Assembly (NCBI GenBank): GCA_963733195.1
Contig: CAVTCR010000036.1
Location: forward strand, 1 to 34,783
DNA: 34,783 bases
Source: an uncultured delta proteobacterium
GTDB taxonomy: Bacteria; Desulfobacterota; Binatia; Bin18
Direction: 5' to 3'
Below are positions 11,737 through 22,772 of this stretch, one piece after another. The position numbers were made by a program, and so were the translations under genes. The notes beneath the pieces are model-generated. The model ran no database searches. It saw only the letters and a list, made by a program, of their open reading frames with translations, and was not told the origin of the DNA. The first letter of the stretch is position 1. Each line of letters starts with the position of its first letter.

Positions 11737-12605
11737 GGAATCAACAGAGGCCGCTGCGATTTTCGCTGCGTTATCCCAGGAGACACGGCTCGACCTCATG
11801 CGTCTGCTGATTAGGTGAAAACCCAAACGGCCTTCCCAGCTAGCGACTATTGCGAATCGCCTGGGTGTCCCATCTTCGACTCTTTCCTTTCACCTCGCAG
11901 CGCTGGAGCGTGCGGGCCTCACTCATTCCACCCGCCACGGTAGACAGATCATCCATGCGGCACGCATTGCCGGGGTGCGGCAGTTGCTCGGCTTTCTCAC
12001 CGAAACCTGCTGCGGTGGCCGTCCTGAACTCTGCGGGGACTTGGCGCGGCTTCTTCCCCCGTTACCTGAGGAACCCCAAGGCATGACTCCTGCCTTTAAC
12101 GTGCTGTTTCTCTGCACCCATAATGCAGCCCGCTCAATTATGGCGGAAGCGATCCTGACAAAAATGTGGCGGGGACCGCTTCCACGCCTACTCTGCCGGG
12201 TTCTGACCCGATCGCCAAACCAAATCCGGATGTAATCAAGAAAGCTGCGGGCATTTGGCCATGACACCGACGACCTTACACAGCAAGTCATGGGAGGAAT
12301 TCACCGGCCCCACTGCCCCACGCATGGATTTCGTCATCACGCTCTGTGATACGCTTATCGGGCACAGACGTGCCCAGAGTTCGATAAGCTGGCGGTGACA
12401 GGTGCCTGGCCGCTGCCAGATCCGGCGAAATTTACGGGAAGCACAGCCGAGCGTGCGACCTTCCTCAATGAGGTCTACGGCGGCTCTGCGGCGCCGGATA
12501 GAGATTTTCACCTCTTTACCTTTTGCGTCACTGGACCGAATGGCGATGAAGGCACGGCTCGATGAAATCGGCGGCGATGTGTTCGCATCGAGGGGAGGAC
12601 GATAA
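11735..12605 (+). CDS. arsRC: ArsR-family repressor fused to LMW-PTP-type arsenate reductase (frameshifted)
   Basis: [54 protein letters not shown] continues in frame into [21 protein letters not shown]. Later: [40 protein letters not shown]. Confidence 0.85.
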
Positions 12606-12608
12606 CAC

Positions 12609-13652
12609 ATGCGAGTTGGCATTAACGGGATGGGTCGGATCGGCCGCCTGGCGTTACGCGCCGCGATGGGTGGCCTGTGGCGGGCACCTGAAGACCCGCG
12701 CGCGGAGAATCGTCTCGATGATCGTGCATGTGAATGAACTGAAAGGCGGCGCCGAGGTAACCGCCCATCTCCTGGAGTTTGACAGCCTCCACGGGCGCTG
12801 GCGGGAATGTTTTGGCGTCGCAGAGGACCAGGCCATCCATATTGGTAATCAGCGTATCGGATTCAGCGATGCGGCCACTGTAGACGCCGTCCCTTGGGGT
12901 GACCTCGGCTGCGATATCGTGCTGGAATGCACAGGCAAATTCTTAAAGACCGAGCAACTCGACGGCTACTTCCGGCGCGGTGTTAAATGCGTCATCGTCG
13001 CGGCACCCGTGAAAGAGGCGAGGCACTTAATATCGTCGTTGGTGTCAATGACCATCTCTATGAGCCAGCAGCACCACCGGTTGCTTACGGCAGCTTCGTG
13101 CACCACAAATTGTCTCGCCCCGGTGGTGAAGGTGCTCCACGAGGCCATCGGCATCCGGCACGGCCAAATCACCACTATTCATGACCCAACGAATACCAAT
13201 GTCGTCGTTGATGCGCCTCATAAGGACCTGCGGCGTGCTCGCTCGGCGATGCTCTCACTCCAACCCACGACGACCGGCAGTGCAACCGCCATCGCGCTGA
13301 TTTATCCCGAGCTCAAAGGCAAACTGAACGGCCATGCCGTGCGTGCGCCCGTGCTAAACGCGAGCCTGACAGACTGCGTGTTTGAAATGAAGCGGCCGGT
13401 CACGGCTGAGGAAGTCAACGGCTTGTTCCGTGCTGCCGCTGACGGGCCGCTCGCCGGTATTCTCGGGTTTGAGCCCCGTCCCTTGGTCTCGGCGGACTAT
13501 ATGAACGACACTCGTAGCTCAATTGTAGATGGCCCAAGCACGATGGTGACCGATGAGACATTACTCAAGGTGTATGCCTGGTACGACAATGAGGTGGGCT
13601 ACGCCTGCCGCATGGTCGACTCGCCAACATCGTTATGCAGAGGGGTGTCTAA
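12609..13652 (+). CDS. gap: ArsJ-associated glyceraldehyde-3-phosphate dehydrogenase (frameshifted)
   Basis: RBS GGAGG; [40 protein letters not shown]. The stop (TAATG) overlaps the arsJ start. Confidence 0.92.
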
Positions 13653-14885
13653 TGTCAGCAGTGCGTAATTACGCGATTGTCACCGCGAGCTATTGGGGCT
13701 TCACCCTCACAGACGGTGCGCTCCGGACGCTGGTGCTGCTGCATTTCTACAGCCTCGGCTACACGCCGTTTACGTTGGCGTTTCTATTTCTCCTCTACGA
13801 AGCTGCCGGTATCTTTGCCAATCTCGGCGGCGGTTGGCTAGCCACCCGGTTTGGCATCCCACGTATGCTCATGACTGGGCTGACTCTAGCAGATCACTGG
13901 CTTGCTGTTCCTCTCGGCCCTCGAACCCACCTGGAGTGCCGGCTTTTGCGGTCGCGTGGGTGGTCGCCGCGCAAGGAATTCAGGGGTGGCGAAAGATATC
14001 ACCAAGACGGCCTCAAAATCCGCGATCAAGGCAACGTCGGAAGGTGGCTCGGGCCAGTTGTTCCGGTGGGTCGCCTGGTTCACCGGGTCCAAGAATGCTA
14101 TGAAAGGTGTGGGCTTTTTCTTCGGTGGCCTGCTCTTGGAAACCCTCGGCTTCCGGGGCGCCTTGTGGCTCATGGCTGGCGTGCTTGCGGTGCATTCTCA
14201 TCGGTGTGACAGTGAGCCTCCCGCGCACCCTTGGCCAAGCCAAGGCATCAGAATCGGTCCGGGAATTGTTCGCGAAGTCACGTGCCATCAACCTGATGGC
14301 GGCTGCACGGATTTTCCTGTTCGGCTCACGGGATATCTGGTTCGTGGTGGGCCTGCCCGTGTTTCTCTACAGCCAGGGCTGGCGCTACCTGGAGGTGGCC
14401 GGATTCCTCGCAAGCTGGACCATTGGTTACGGCCTTGTGCAGGCCATTACGCCCTCGGTCATCCGCCGCAGTACAGACGGCTTATCACGCGAGGTACCAG
14501 AGGCCCGGTTGTGGGGCGCAGTGCTGACCGCGATTCCACTTGGGCTCGCCTTTATGCTCAGCTACTTCTCAGTGGAGCGCCCCGACTCTCATCGATGACG
14601 GTAGGCCTTGGCCTGTTCGGTTTCGTGTTCGCTGTCATTTCCTCGCTGCATTCGTATTTAATTCTGGCCTATGCTGGATCAGAAAAGGCAGCCGAGGATG
14701 TGGGGTTCTATTACGCCGCCAACGCGGGGGGGCGACTGATGGGGATTGTGCTTTCCGGGGCACTCGCCCAGGCAGGCGGAATAGTCGCATGCCTATGGGG
14801 CTCAGCAATAATGCTCGCGCTGTGCCTTGCAATCACCTTCCTGCTGCCAACTGCCGTTGCGGTTTGGCGACCAGTTACAGCTTGA
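13652..14885 (+). CDS. arsJ: Organoarsenical efflux MFS transporter ArsJ (frameshifted)
   Basis: [87 protein letters not shown]; translationally coupled to gap. Confidence 0.9.
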
Positions 14886-15109
14886 CCGAACGCTGGAGTT
14901 TCTCGTTCAGCCGCAGGCCGCAACGTTTGTGGCTCCTTAGAGCTGCAGATGATGGCAGTTATGCTGTTGTCGTGTATATAAGATGATGCGCACGGGATAT
15001 TCGTGGTGGGACGTGGCCCAGTATGTCACAAATCTGTACCCTTTTCCTCTCCACCTTCATCTGACCGGAGGATTTGCATAGGTATTGATAAGAATAAGAG
15101 GAGGACTAT

Positions 15110-15943
15110 ATGAGCACGGAGAACATCCGCGAGCTGGTGAAAGAGAAATACGGACAGGCAGCAGTGCAGGTGACACAGGGTGGCCGCGCCACGTGTGGCA
15201 ATACCTGTTCTGGCAAAGATCCCATCACCTCGGATTTGTATCAGAGCGACGAAACCGGAACGTTGCCAGCAGCAGCCGTTGCCGCTTCGCTGGGATGTGG
15301 CAACCCCACAGCCCTGGCACAACTCAACCTCGGGGAGACAGTGTTGGATTTGGGCTCCGGCGGTGGCATCGATGTGCTGCTTTCTGCTAGGCGTGTCGGC
15401 CCGACTGGCAAAGCGTACGGACTCGACATGACGGAGGAGATGCTTGCCCTCGCCCGCGAGAACCAACGCAAGGCCGGAGTAGAGAATGTGGAATTTCTGC
15501 AGGGAGAAATCGAACAGATTCCACTGCCGGACAACTCGATTGATGTCATCATTTCCAACTGTGTCATCAATCTTTCCGGAGATAAGGACCGAGTGTTGTC
15601 AGAAGCATTTCGCGTGCTGAAACCTGGTGGCCGTTTCGCGGTGTCCGATGTTGTTGTCCGAGGCGAGGTGCCCGCACCGATTCGCCGCGATATCGAGCTA
15701 TGGATTGGTTGCGTGGCTGGTGCTCTAGAAGAACAGGAATACCGCATCAAGCTGGCCCAAGCAGGATTTCAGGAGATCGACGTGGAGCCAACCCGTATCT
15801 ACCGTGTGGAAGACGCTCGGGAAATGCTGGCCGCCAGTGGTATTGATGTGGATGCCATCGCACCACTGGTCGAAGGAAAATTCATGAGTGCCTTCGTACG
15901 TGCTCGCAAGCCAATATCGGAGTCCTTACATTCCCCCACATAA
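15110..15943 (+). CDS. arsM: Arsenite S-adenosylmethionine methyltransferase
   Basis: RBS GAGGAGG; [44 protein letters not shown]; intact 277 aa. Confidence 0.93.
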   Translation: MSTENIRELVKEKYGQAAVQVTQGGRATCGNTCSGKDPITSDLYQSDETGTLPAAAVAASLGCGNPTALAQLNLGETVLDLGSGGGIDVLLSARRVGPTGKAYGLDMTEEMLALARENQRKAGVENVEFLQGEIEQIPLPDNSIDVIISNCVINLSGDKDRVLSEAFRVLKPGGRFAVSDVVVRGEVPAPIRRDIELWIGCVAGALEEQEYRIKLAQAGFQEIDVEPTRIYRVEDAREMLAASGIDVDAIAPLVEGKFMSAFVRARKPISESLHSPT

Positions 15944-16137
15944 GACTCAACACTCATTCAGAGAAGAAACCGCTAACTTTCGCAGCATGGCCCGCTTCTT
16001 TTGCTGATGTCTTGCCCCACCGATTTTTCCATCGTCAAAAAGGATGAGGAGGCGTTTCTTTCCTAGGCGCTACAGCTTTTATCCACTGTCGTGTAGAGCT
16101 CCCTCACGTAGGAGATAGGCACGCGGCTGCTGCGTTG

Positions 16138-17796
16138 TCACACATCATTCGCCCGTGTTAACGCCCGTGCAATAAGCTGTTGCGCTTCTTCTTGGATCTG
16201 TTGTAGATGCTCTGCGCCGAGGAAGCTCTCGGTGTAGAGCTTGTAGATATTTTCCGTGCCGGATGGGCGCGCCGCAAACCACCCGTTGGCGGTCATCACT
16301 TTGAGCCCGCCAATCGCGCTGTTATTCCCAGGGGCGGTCGTTAGTACTGTTTGGATCTTTTCACCCGCAAGCGTATCGCTCGATAATTGCTCTGGTGAGA
16401 GTCGTTGCAATTGCGCTTTCTGTTCTGCTGTGGCGGGAGCGTCGATACGTTCGTACACCGGATCACCATACTTATCCGCAAGGTCACGATAATACGCCCC
16501 TGGATCACGACCAGTTTTGGCCATGATCTCTGCCGCCAGAAGACCTAAGATGATGCCATCTTTGTCGGTTGTCCATACCGTCCCGTCACGGCGCAGAAAA
16601 GACGCTCCTGCACTCTCTTCACCACCGAACCCAAGCGTACCGCTCATCAACCCTTCGACGAACCACTTGAATCCCACCGGGGTCTCAATCAGCGGGCGAC
16701 CAAGTTGGTTGGCGATACGATCGATCATGCTGCTACTGACCACTGTCTTTCCTACAGCCGCGTTTGCCTGCCAGTTCGGACGGTGCTGAAAAAGATAGGC
16801 AACGGCGACGGTCAGATAGTGGTTCGGATTCAACAGCCCTGCACTTCGAGTGACAATGCCGTGACGATCATGGTCAGGGTCATTCGCCCAGGCGATGTCA
16901 AATCGGTCTTTGAGAGCGATCAAACTCGCCATGGCATAAGGGGAGGAACAATCCATGCGGATCCTCCCGTCCCAGTCTAGCGTCATGAACGAGAACGTTG
17001 GGTCGACCGAGTCGTGCATGACCGTAAGATCCAGTCCATAGTGTTCAGCAATTGCGCTCCAGTATGCAACCCCAGCACCACCCAACGGATCAGCGCCAAG
17101 CTTCAGCCCGGAGGCACGGATGATACTCATGTCCACGACGTTATTGAGGTCGGCAACATATGTCTGGAGATAGTCGTAACGTTGTGTCGTGGAGGTAACC
17201 CGAGCTTGTTCGTAGGGAATGCGTTTCACCTCATGAAGATTATGAGCAAGCAACATATTGGCCTGTGCCTCGATCCACTGCGTCACATGCGTGTCAGCTG
17301 GTCCGCCATGCGGCGGATTATATTTGAAGCCACCGTCCTCAGGTGGATTATGCGAGGGCGTGATCACGATCCCATCGGCAAGCTGACTCTTCCGTCCACG
17401 GTTGTAGGTGAGAATGGCATGAGAAATGACAGGGGTTGGAGTATAGCCGTCGTTGTTATCTATTCTTACCTCAACCCCATTTGCCGCCAGCACTTCCAGC
17501 GCCGTAGTAAAAGCAGGCTCAGAAAGGGCATGGGTATCCCTCCCTAGGAAAAGTGGACCGTTAATGTCGTGCTTCTGTCGGTACCAGCAAATCGCCTGAC
17601 TCACCGCCAGAATGTGGGCTTCGTTAAAAGAATGGGTAAACGCCGAGCCTCGGTGCCCTGAGGTGCCAAAGGCTACACGTTGCGCGGGCACTGCGGAGTC
17701 AGGATGACCAGTATAATAAGCGGAGATCAATTGTGGGACATTGATCAGCATTGTTGGTTCTGCACGAAGACCAGCTAACGGGCTGATGCGCGTCAT
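16138..17796 (-). CDS. pgm: Phosphoglucomutase (alpha-D-glucose-phosphate-specific)
   Basis: [45 protein letters not shown]. Start chosen 8 nt after RBS GAGGAG. Confidence 0.95.
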   Translation of the reverse strand: MTRISPLAGLRAEPTMLINVPQLISAYYTGHPDSAVPAQRVAFGTSGHRGSAFTHSFNEAHILAVSQAICWYRQKHDINGPLFLGRDTHALSEPAFTTALEVLAANGVEVRIDNNDGYTPTPVISHAILTYNRGRKSQLADGIVITPSHNPPEDGGFKYNPPHGGPADTHVTQWIEAQANMLLAHNLHEVKRIPYEQARVTSTTQRYDYLQTYVADLNNVVDMSIIRASGLKLGADPLGGAGVAYWSAIAEHYGLDLTVMHDSVDPTFSFMTLDWDGRIRMDCSSPYAMASLIALKDRFDIAWANDPDHDRHGIVTRSAGLLNPNHYLTVAVAYLFQHRPNWQANAAVGKTVVSSSMIDRIANQLGRPLIETPVGFKWFVEGLMSGTLGFGGEESAGASFLRRDGTVWTTDKDGIILGLLAAEIMAKTGRDPGAYYRDLADKYGDPVYERIDAPATAEQKAQLQRLSPEQLSSDTLAGEKIQTVLTTAPGNNSAIGGLKVMTANGWFAARPSGTENIYKLYTESFLGAEHLQQIQEEAQQLIARALTRANDV

Positions 17797-18128
17797 GGCC
17801 ATTGCTCCTCTGATGTCAGGGTTGCGTCTACATGATGACAGTTTAGCGGCACTCCTAAAAGAGCGTCTGCACCATTTCACGCTACGAGAGTTTTGCACCC
17901 TCACAAGGGAACTGAGCTGTCGTACGTTCACGAGATCGCAACGAGACTAATATAAAAGTGCAACACAGTCAGTGTACGCATGCTCTCTTTGTGTTGCGTG
18001 ATAAAAACCGACCAGATTTAAGGGAGAGCCGTAGACTTCACTGCGGTGCTGATCGTCGCCTCCAATCCGGTGGATGTGATGACTGAGGTGATGGCTAGAA
18101 AGTAAGAAGCACAAAGGAAGGATGGTTA

Positions 18129-18857
18129 TTGACATCACCCGCAATAGCAACATTGCTTCTCTTGCCTGGACTTGACGGAACCGAGGTGTTTTTTCAACCC
18201 CTCATCGCTACCCTTCCAACATGGGTACGACCAGTAGTTGTGACGTTTCCAACTGCTGGAGCTAACGGGTACGCAGACTTGCTGCCACTCGCGGAAGCAG
18301 CAGTCGCAGATATTGATAACTTCTATATTCTTGGCTGGTCGTTTTCCGGGCCGTTGGCGCTTATGCTTGCTGCAAAAGAACCACAGCGGACACGAGGAGT
18401 GATCCTCAGCGCATCGTTCATCCGTCCTCCGTTACCCATTTTACCGTGGGTTCGCTTTGCCATCGGTACACCTATAGTGACTCTTATTCGGCTGGCTCGG
18501 CGGACTCCTGGTCTCATACCTGGCCGTTGGTCAGAACAGTTCAAGCGCGACAAGGCAGCCACATGGGGGCGAGTTCCCGCAGAGGTTCTGGCCGCTCGTG
18601 CACAGGCTATCCTGACAGTCGATGCGCGCGATGCTCTGTGTGCCTGCTCTGCACCGATACTCTATATAGCCGGGTCACACGATCGCGTCGTGCCGCACCG
18701 GAATGCTGAGGCAATAATCCGGGAGGGGTCGAAAACACAAATAGTGATTATCAAAGGTTCTCACTTGGCGATGTATACAAATCCAGCGGCAGCAGCCACA
18801 GCCATTACTGGTTTTCTGCAAGTTCACGTCGGCTCCTATTCTACAAGCTTTGAGTAA
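18129..18857 (+). CDS. Alpha/beta-fold hydrolase
   Basis: LLPGLDGT oxyanion loop, GWSFSG nucleophile elbow, GSHDRVV (Asp), GSHL (His); TTG start after GGAAGGA. Confidence 0.85.
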   Translation: MTSPAIATLLLLPGLDGTEVFFQPLIATLPTWVRPVVVTFPTAGANGYADLLPLAEAAVADIDNFYILGWSFSGPLALMLAAKEPQRTRGVILSASFIRPPLPILPWVRFAIGTPIVTLIRLARRTPGLIPGRWSEQFKRDKAATWGRVPAEVLAARAQAILTVDARDALCACSAPILYIAGSHDRVVPHRNAEAIIREGSKTQIVIIKGSHLAMYTNPAAAATAITGFLQVHVGSYSTSFE

Positions 18858-18907
18858 TCAGCGGGAGCAGTCCATTCGTTTCCCTATCACAAACAGCGCT
18901 ACCAAAT

Positions 18908-18951
18908 CTTCACACGCCGGTAACGCGGGCGACACATTCATCCTATACACT
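18908..18951 (+). promoter_or_regulatory. Pho-box-like promoter of the glycosyltransferase operon
   Basis: CTTCAC 18908, GGTAAC 18919 and CGACAC 18930 (11-bp period), then exactly 10 bp and TACACT (18946-18951). Confidence 0.6.
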
Positions 18952-19048
18952 TTATCAAAATACATACTTCGTGCTTAATGGAGTGAATACGACATACTTT
19001 AGCATTGCTCATCTGACAAAACGCTTTGTTACTCGGCCTGCTGCGATT

Positions 19049-20257
19049 ATGAAAGCGCCTCAGCGAGCAGTTCCTCGTCGCCATCTCTGTATCGTCACTG
19101 AAACGTACCCACCAGAAGTCAATGGTGTTGCCATTACCGTGGCGCGCTTGGTGGACGGACTGCGAGCGCGGGGGCATATGGTGTCAGTTATACGGCCACG
19201 CCAGCGCATCGCCGATGGTTATGGCGGAGGGATCGACTTCAGAGTGACACTCGTGCGGGGTTTGCCGTTGCTTGGGCACACGGGGGTACAGTTTGGTCTG
19301 CCAGCGGGCCGCATGCTCAGCCGCTCGTGGACCCGATGCCGTCCCGATGCTATCTATGTAGCGACAGAGGGGCCGTTAGGCTGGTCGGCGATGCGTACTG
19401 CGCGACGGTTGAGCATTCCGGTCCTGAGCGGCTTTCACACCAATTTTCACAGCTACTCACAGTACTATCGTGCAGGTTGGTTGCAACCAGTGATCCTGCG
19501 TTACCTGTGCGCGTTTCATAATCAAACACAGGGGACATTGGTCCCCAGTAAAGAACTCCAGGCTCAGTTGCAGGAGCTTGGTATACACAACGTCCATCTC
19601 CTGGCACGCGGAGTTGACACTCAGCTCTTTCATCCTGAGCGCCGCAGTGCCGCAGTGAGAGCTCAATGGGGCGTGGGTGAACACGACGTGGCTGCTCTCT
19701 ACGTGGGCCGAGTAGCACCAGAGAAAAACTTGCGGCTGGCGGTAGCTGCTTACCAGGCCATGCAACAGTACAGCAATTCTGTGAAGTTCGTCATTGTTGG
19801 TGACGGTCCCTTCCGTGCCACTCTCCAAAAGGAACACCCCGACATCCGTTTTTGTGGGCTACTCACTGGCGAGCGGTTGGCTACGCATTATGCTTCAGCG
19901 GACGTATTTCTTTTCCCCAGCGAAACCGAAACCTTTGGCAACGTCACCTTGGAAGCACTGGCAAGCGGGCTGGCGGTTGTTGCGTATAACTATGCCGCCG
20001 CCAAGATGCACATCGTGCAGGGCAAGACGGGAATCTTGGTCCCATATGGCGATGCCAGTGGCTTCGTCGAGGCAGCCGCTCAGCTTGTTCGTGAGCCAAA
20101 GTTACTCACCTCAATACGACGACAGGCACGGACAGCCGTTGCCGCGGTCGATTGGCAGCGTGTGATCGAACGATTTGAAACGCTACTGGTGAACGCGCAT
20201 GTGCAACATCGTGCCGTTGAGACCCCGTCGCCCATGCACCAAAGGATGGCAACCTAA
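19049..20257 (+). CDS. GT4 glycosyltransferase, Agt-like (probable glycosyl/glucuronosyl-diacylglycerol synthase)
   Basis: IVTETYPPEVNGVA, VATEGPLG, FHTNF, YVGRVAPEKN, VGDGP, FPSETETFGNVTLEALASGL. Alternative start at 18971. Confidence 0.88.
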   Translation: MKAPQRAVPRRHLCIVTETYPPEVNGVAITVARLVDGLRARGHMVSVIRPRQRIADGYGGGIDFRVTLVRGLPLLGHTGVQFGLPAGRMLSRSWTRCRPDAIYVATEGPLGWSAMRTARRLSIPVLSGFHTNFHSYSQYYRAGWLQPVILRYLCAFHNQTQGTLVPSKELQAQLQELGIHNVHLLARGVDTQLFHPERRSAAVRAQWGVGEHDVAALYVGRVAPEKNLRLAVAAYQAMQQYSNSVKFVIVGDGPFRATLQKEHPDIRFCGLLTGERLATHYASADVFLFPSETETFGNVTLEALASGLAVVAYNYAAAKMHIVQGKTGILVPYGDASGFVEAAAQLVREPKLLTSIRRQARTAVAAVDWQRVIERFETLLVNAHVQHRAVETPSPMHQRMAT

Positions 20258-20305
20258 ATGGAACTACAGAACATTCGTACACTTTACCGGTCGGCCCCAC
20301 GGGCG

Positions 20306-20404
20306 TGTCATTCTGAGCCCTTCGACAGGCTCACCTGTGCCTGCGGCACTGGCGCAGGCAGGACAGGTCTCTGTGAGAGACTCTTCGTTTCCCTCAGGGT
20401 GACA
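20306..20404. repeat. Nested composite of REP-like palindromic elements
   Basis: Outer arms TGTCATTCTGAG / CTCAGGGTGACA; inside, CCCTTCGACAGGCTCA..GGACAGG is interrupted by a TGCCTGCG/CGCAGGCA hairpin. Confidence 0.7.
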
Positions 20405-20465
20405 ACTCTGGGGCGCTGATATTTTGAGGTCTGATTTAGTTGCAACCGGAAGGAGGACTCTCGTA

Positions 20466-22772
20466 ATGGTGGTGGAAGAAGCGTTGCACAGATGGGCTGC
20501 GTGTTTTGGCTTGCCGGCGACCGCGGTTTGTCAGGTGGAATCCGGAGATGGATGGATTCTCCTTGGGTTAGTAGTAGTCGTCTCGTTCATCACTTTCGCG
20601 GGGAGGAAACTTCTCACCGCCATCGTTACCATACGGGCGCTGGCAATAACACCTCTGCTCTCACGGATAGTGTCAAAGTGGGTCAAATCACGTAATTTCT
20701 CTGATGAGGAGTTTTTTCACGCCGACGGAGCAGGGGAGGAGTGGCGCGGCCGCCGTAAACATGCGCTTGACCGTTTAGCTAACCTCTTACAAACCCGTTG
20801 CGCCAAGTCCATTGCCTGGGGAGATGCGATCCGCGAGAGTTTTTCTGATTTGCGTTTTACCGATGCCAATCGAGTACCTTTTCCCTTTATGCGACTGATG
20901 CGCGAGAAGTTTAATCTCTGCTCGGTGGTTACTGCTTCACAGGGGCCGAAATTGCGCGATATCGATGGCCACTGGACCTTGGATGTCAGTGGTTCCTACG
21001 GACTCAATGTCGCAGGTTTTGACCGTTACAAAGAATGGATGGACAAAGGATGGGAACGGGTGAAGGACCTTGGGCCGGTGTTGGGGCCACTGCATCCGGT
21101 GGTGGCTGAAAATATCACTTTACTCAAATCCGTGGCGAAAATGGACGAGGTGTCCTTTCACATGAGTGGTACCGAGGCCGTTATGGCCGCGGTACGACTG
21201 GCACGGTTTAACACGCGCCGGAAGTTGATCGTCTGTTTTTCAGGCGCCTATCACGGCTGGTGGGATGGCGTGCAGCCGGGGTTAGGAAGTGAACGGGCGA
21301 TTGACGATTGCCTTACGCTGAAGGATATGCATCCGGCATCACTGCAGGTTATTCGCTGGCGCGCGAAAGAAATTGCCGGGGTGCTGGTCAATCCACTGCA
21401 ATCGTTTCATCCGAATACGCCGCCTCCAAGTGATACGGTCCTGCTCACCAGCGAGATGCGCAAAACCCAGGAGTCTACTGCCGCGTATGCCCAGTGGCTG
21501 CACGAACTCCGCGAGGTCTGTCGCGCGTGTGATATTCCGCTCATCTTTGATGAAGTGTACACCGGCTTTCGCCTCGCACCGGGTGGGGCGCAAGAATACT
21601 TCGGTGTACAGGCTGACATCGTTGTCTATGGCAAGACCGTCGCCGGAGGCATGCCCATTGGCGTCGTCTGTGGAAAGAAGCAGCTCATGCGGCGCTTTGA
21701 TCCAGCCCACCCTATGCGCATTGCCTACGTCATCGGAACATTTTCGGCTCATCCGCTGGTAATGGGCGCGATGAACGAATTTTTGCAATGGGCGGTCCAA
21801 CCTACGACGGCACGTTTGTATGACACGACCAGGCAACAGTGCGAGCAGTGGGTACACGCGACCAATCAGAAACTGGCCGAGGCAGCGTTACCGCTGCGGG
21901 TGATGCACTTTGCTACGGTATGGACCGTGCTGTTTCAGGAACCGAGTCGTTATAACTGGTTGTTTCAGTACTACCTGCGTGCTGAAGGAATCACTTTGAG
22001 TTGGGTGGGTACCGGACGCTGTCTGAATAGCATGGACTTCACGGCGGACGACTATCAGGAACTGCAGGAGAAGATCCTCAACGCTGCCACCAGTATGCAG
22101 CGTGATGGATGGTGGTTGACGGAAGAGCAACAACCCGGAAGGGAAAAAACGATGCGCACGCGCCTCCTCTGGGAAATGGTGGGAAGTCTGATCCAGGTGC
22201 CTGCTCCGATTAAAAGCTTTTACGCGGAAGTGATGCGTCGTAAGCATGACGATCATGTTGCCTCTCACAGCAACAGTATCAACCAATTCTTTCACCTGCT
22301 GAGTTCCAGTGTGTTCATTTATTGTTATGGTTTGGTCTTTTGGGATCTCACCCAGGCGATGTGTCTGGGATTAGCTGCACTATTTGTGCGACAGATTGGG
22401 CATGCGGTCTTAGAGCCCCCGTGCCACGATAAAGAAGCCCTGCTCTTGGGTTTTACGACACCCAATAAAACCTTGATCGTGGCTGGCTATTTGCTGGTTC
22501 CCCTCCTCCATCTTGTCAGTGCAGGTTCCCTGAGCCTTGCGACCTTGACCGCAATAGTGCCCACAGTCGCGCAACAGTGGTTCTTCCTGACACTGGCCGC
22601 TGTGTTGGGACACGTGGCGTATTTGTTGTGGAAGTACGATGTTCGCAGTGCGATAATTTGGTTGGTAAAACTCGTTACAGACCCACTGACCGACATCGGC
22701 GCCTATTACTCCAGCCCGGCGCGATTATTCCGACTGTCCCAGACCCACGTTCAGAAAGGAGAAACGGCATGA
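20466..22772 (+). CDS. Class-III PLP aminotransferase (GSA-aminomutase-like) fused to a C-terminal Mpo1/DUF962-like membrane domain
   Basis: RBS AGGAGG; N-terminal hydrophobic segment; SGTEAVMAAVRLAR, FSGAYHGW, LIFDEVYTGFR, YGKTVAGGMPIG (PLP lysine). C-terminal HDDHVASHSNSINQFFH..RQIGHAVLEP with several TM helices. Confidence 0.85.
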   Translation: MVVEEALHRWAACFGLPATAVCQVESGDGWILLGLVVVVSFITFAGRKLLTAIVTIRALAITPLLSRIVSKWVKSRNFSDEEFFHADGAGEEWRGRRKHALDRLANLLQTRCAKSIAWGDAIRESFSDLRFTDANRVPFPFMRLMREKFNLCSVVTASQGPKLRDIDGHWTLDVSGSYGLNVAGFDRYKEWMDKGWERVKDLGPVLGPLHPVVAENITLLKSVAKMDEVSFHMSGTEAVMAAVRLARFNTRRKLIVCFSGAYHGWWDGVQPGLGSERAIDDCLTLKDMHPASLQVIRWRAKEIAGVLVNPLQSFHPNTPPPSDTVLLTSEMRKTQESTAAYAQWLHELREVCRACDIPLIFDEVYTGFRLAPGGAQEYFGVQADIVVYGKTVAGGMPIGVVCGKKQLMRRFDPAHPMRIAYVIGTFSAHPLVMGAMNEFLQWAVQPTTARLYDTTRQQCEQWVHATNQKLAEAALPLRVMHFATVWTVLFQEPSRYNWLFQYYLRAEGITLSWVGTGRCLNSMDFTADDYQELQEKILNAATSMQRDGWWLTEEQQPGREKTMRTRLLWEMVGSLIQVPAPIKSFYAEVMRRKHDDHVASHSNSINQFFHLLSSSVFIYCYGLVFWDLTQAMCLGLAALFVRQIGHAVLEPPCHDKEALLLGFTTPNKTLIVAGYLLVPLLHLVSAGSLSLATLTAIVPTVAQQWFFLTLAAVLGHVAYLLWKYDVRSAIIWLVKLVTDPLTDIGAYYSSPARLFRLSQTHVQKGETA

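Noticed and set aside
17797-17931. Extended N-terminus of pgm given by the ORF track
   Set aside because: Similarity to Pgm and the RBS both indicate a start at 17796.
20306-20311. TGTCAT here as a Pho-box unit
   Set aside because: It is a single hexamer forming the arm of the palindromic repeat, with no in-phase partner.
20466-22772. Calling this gene hemL (tetrapyrrole synthesis)
   Set aside because: It is much longer than HemL, has membrane domains, lies in a lipid-remodelling context, and no hem genes are nearby.
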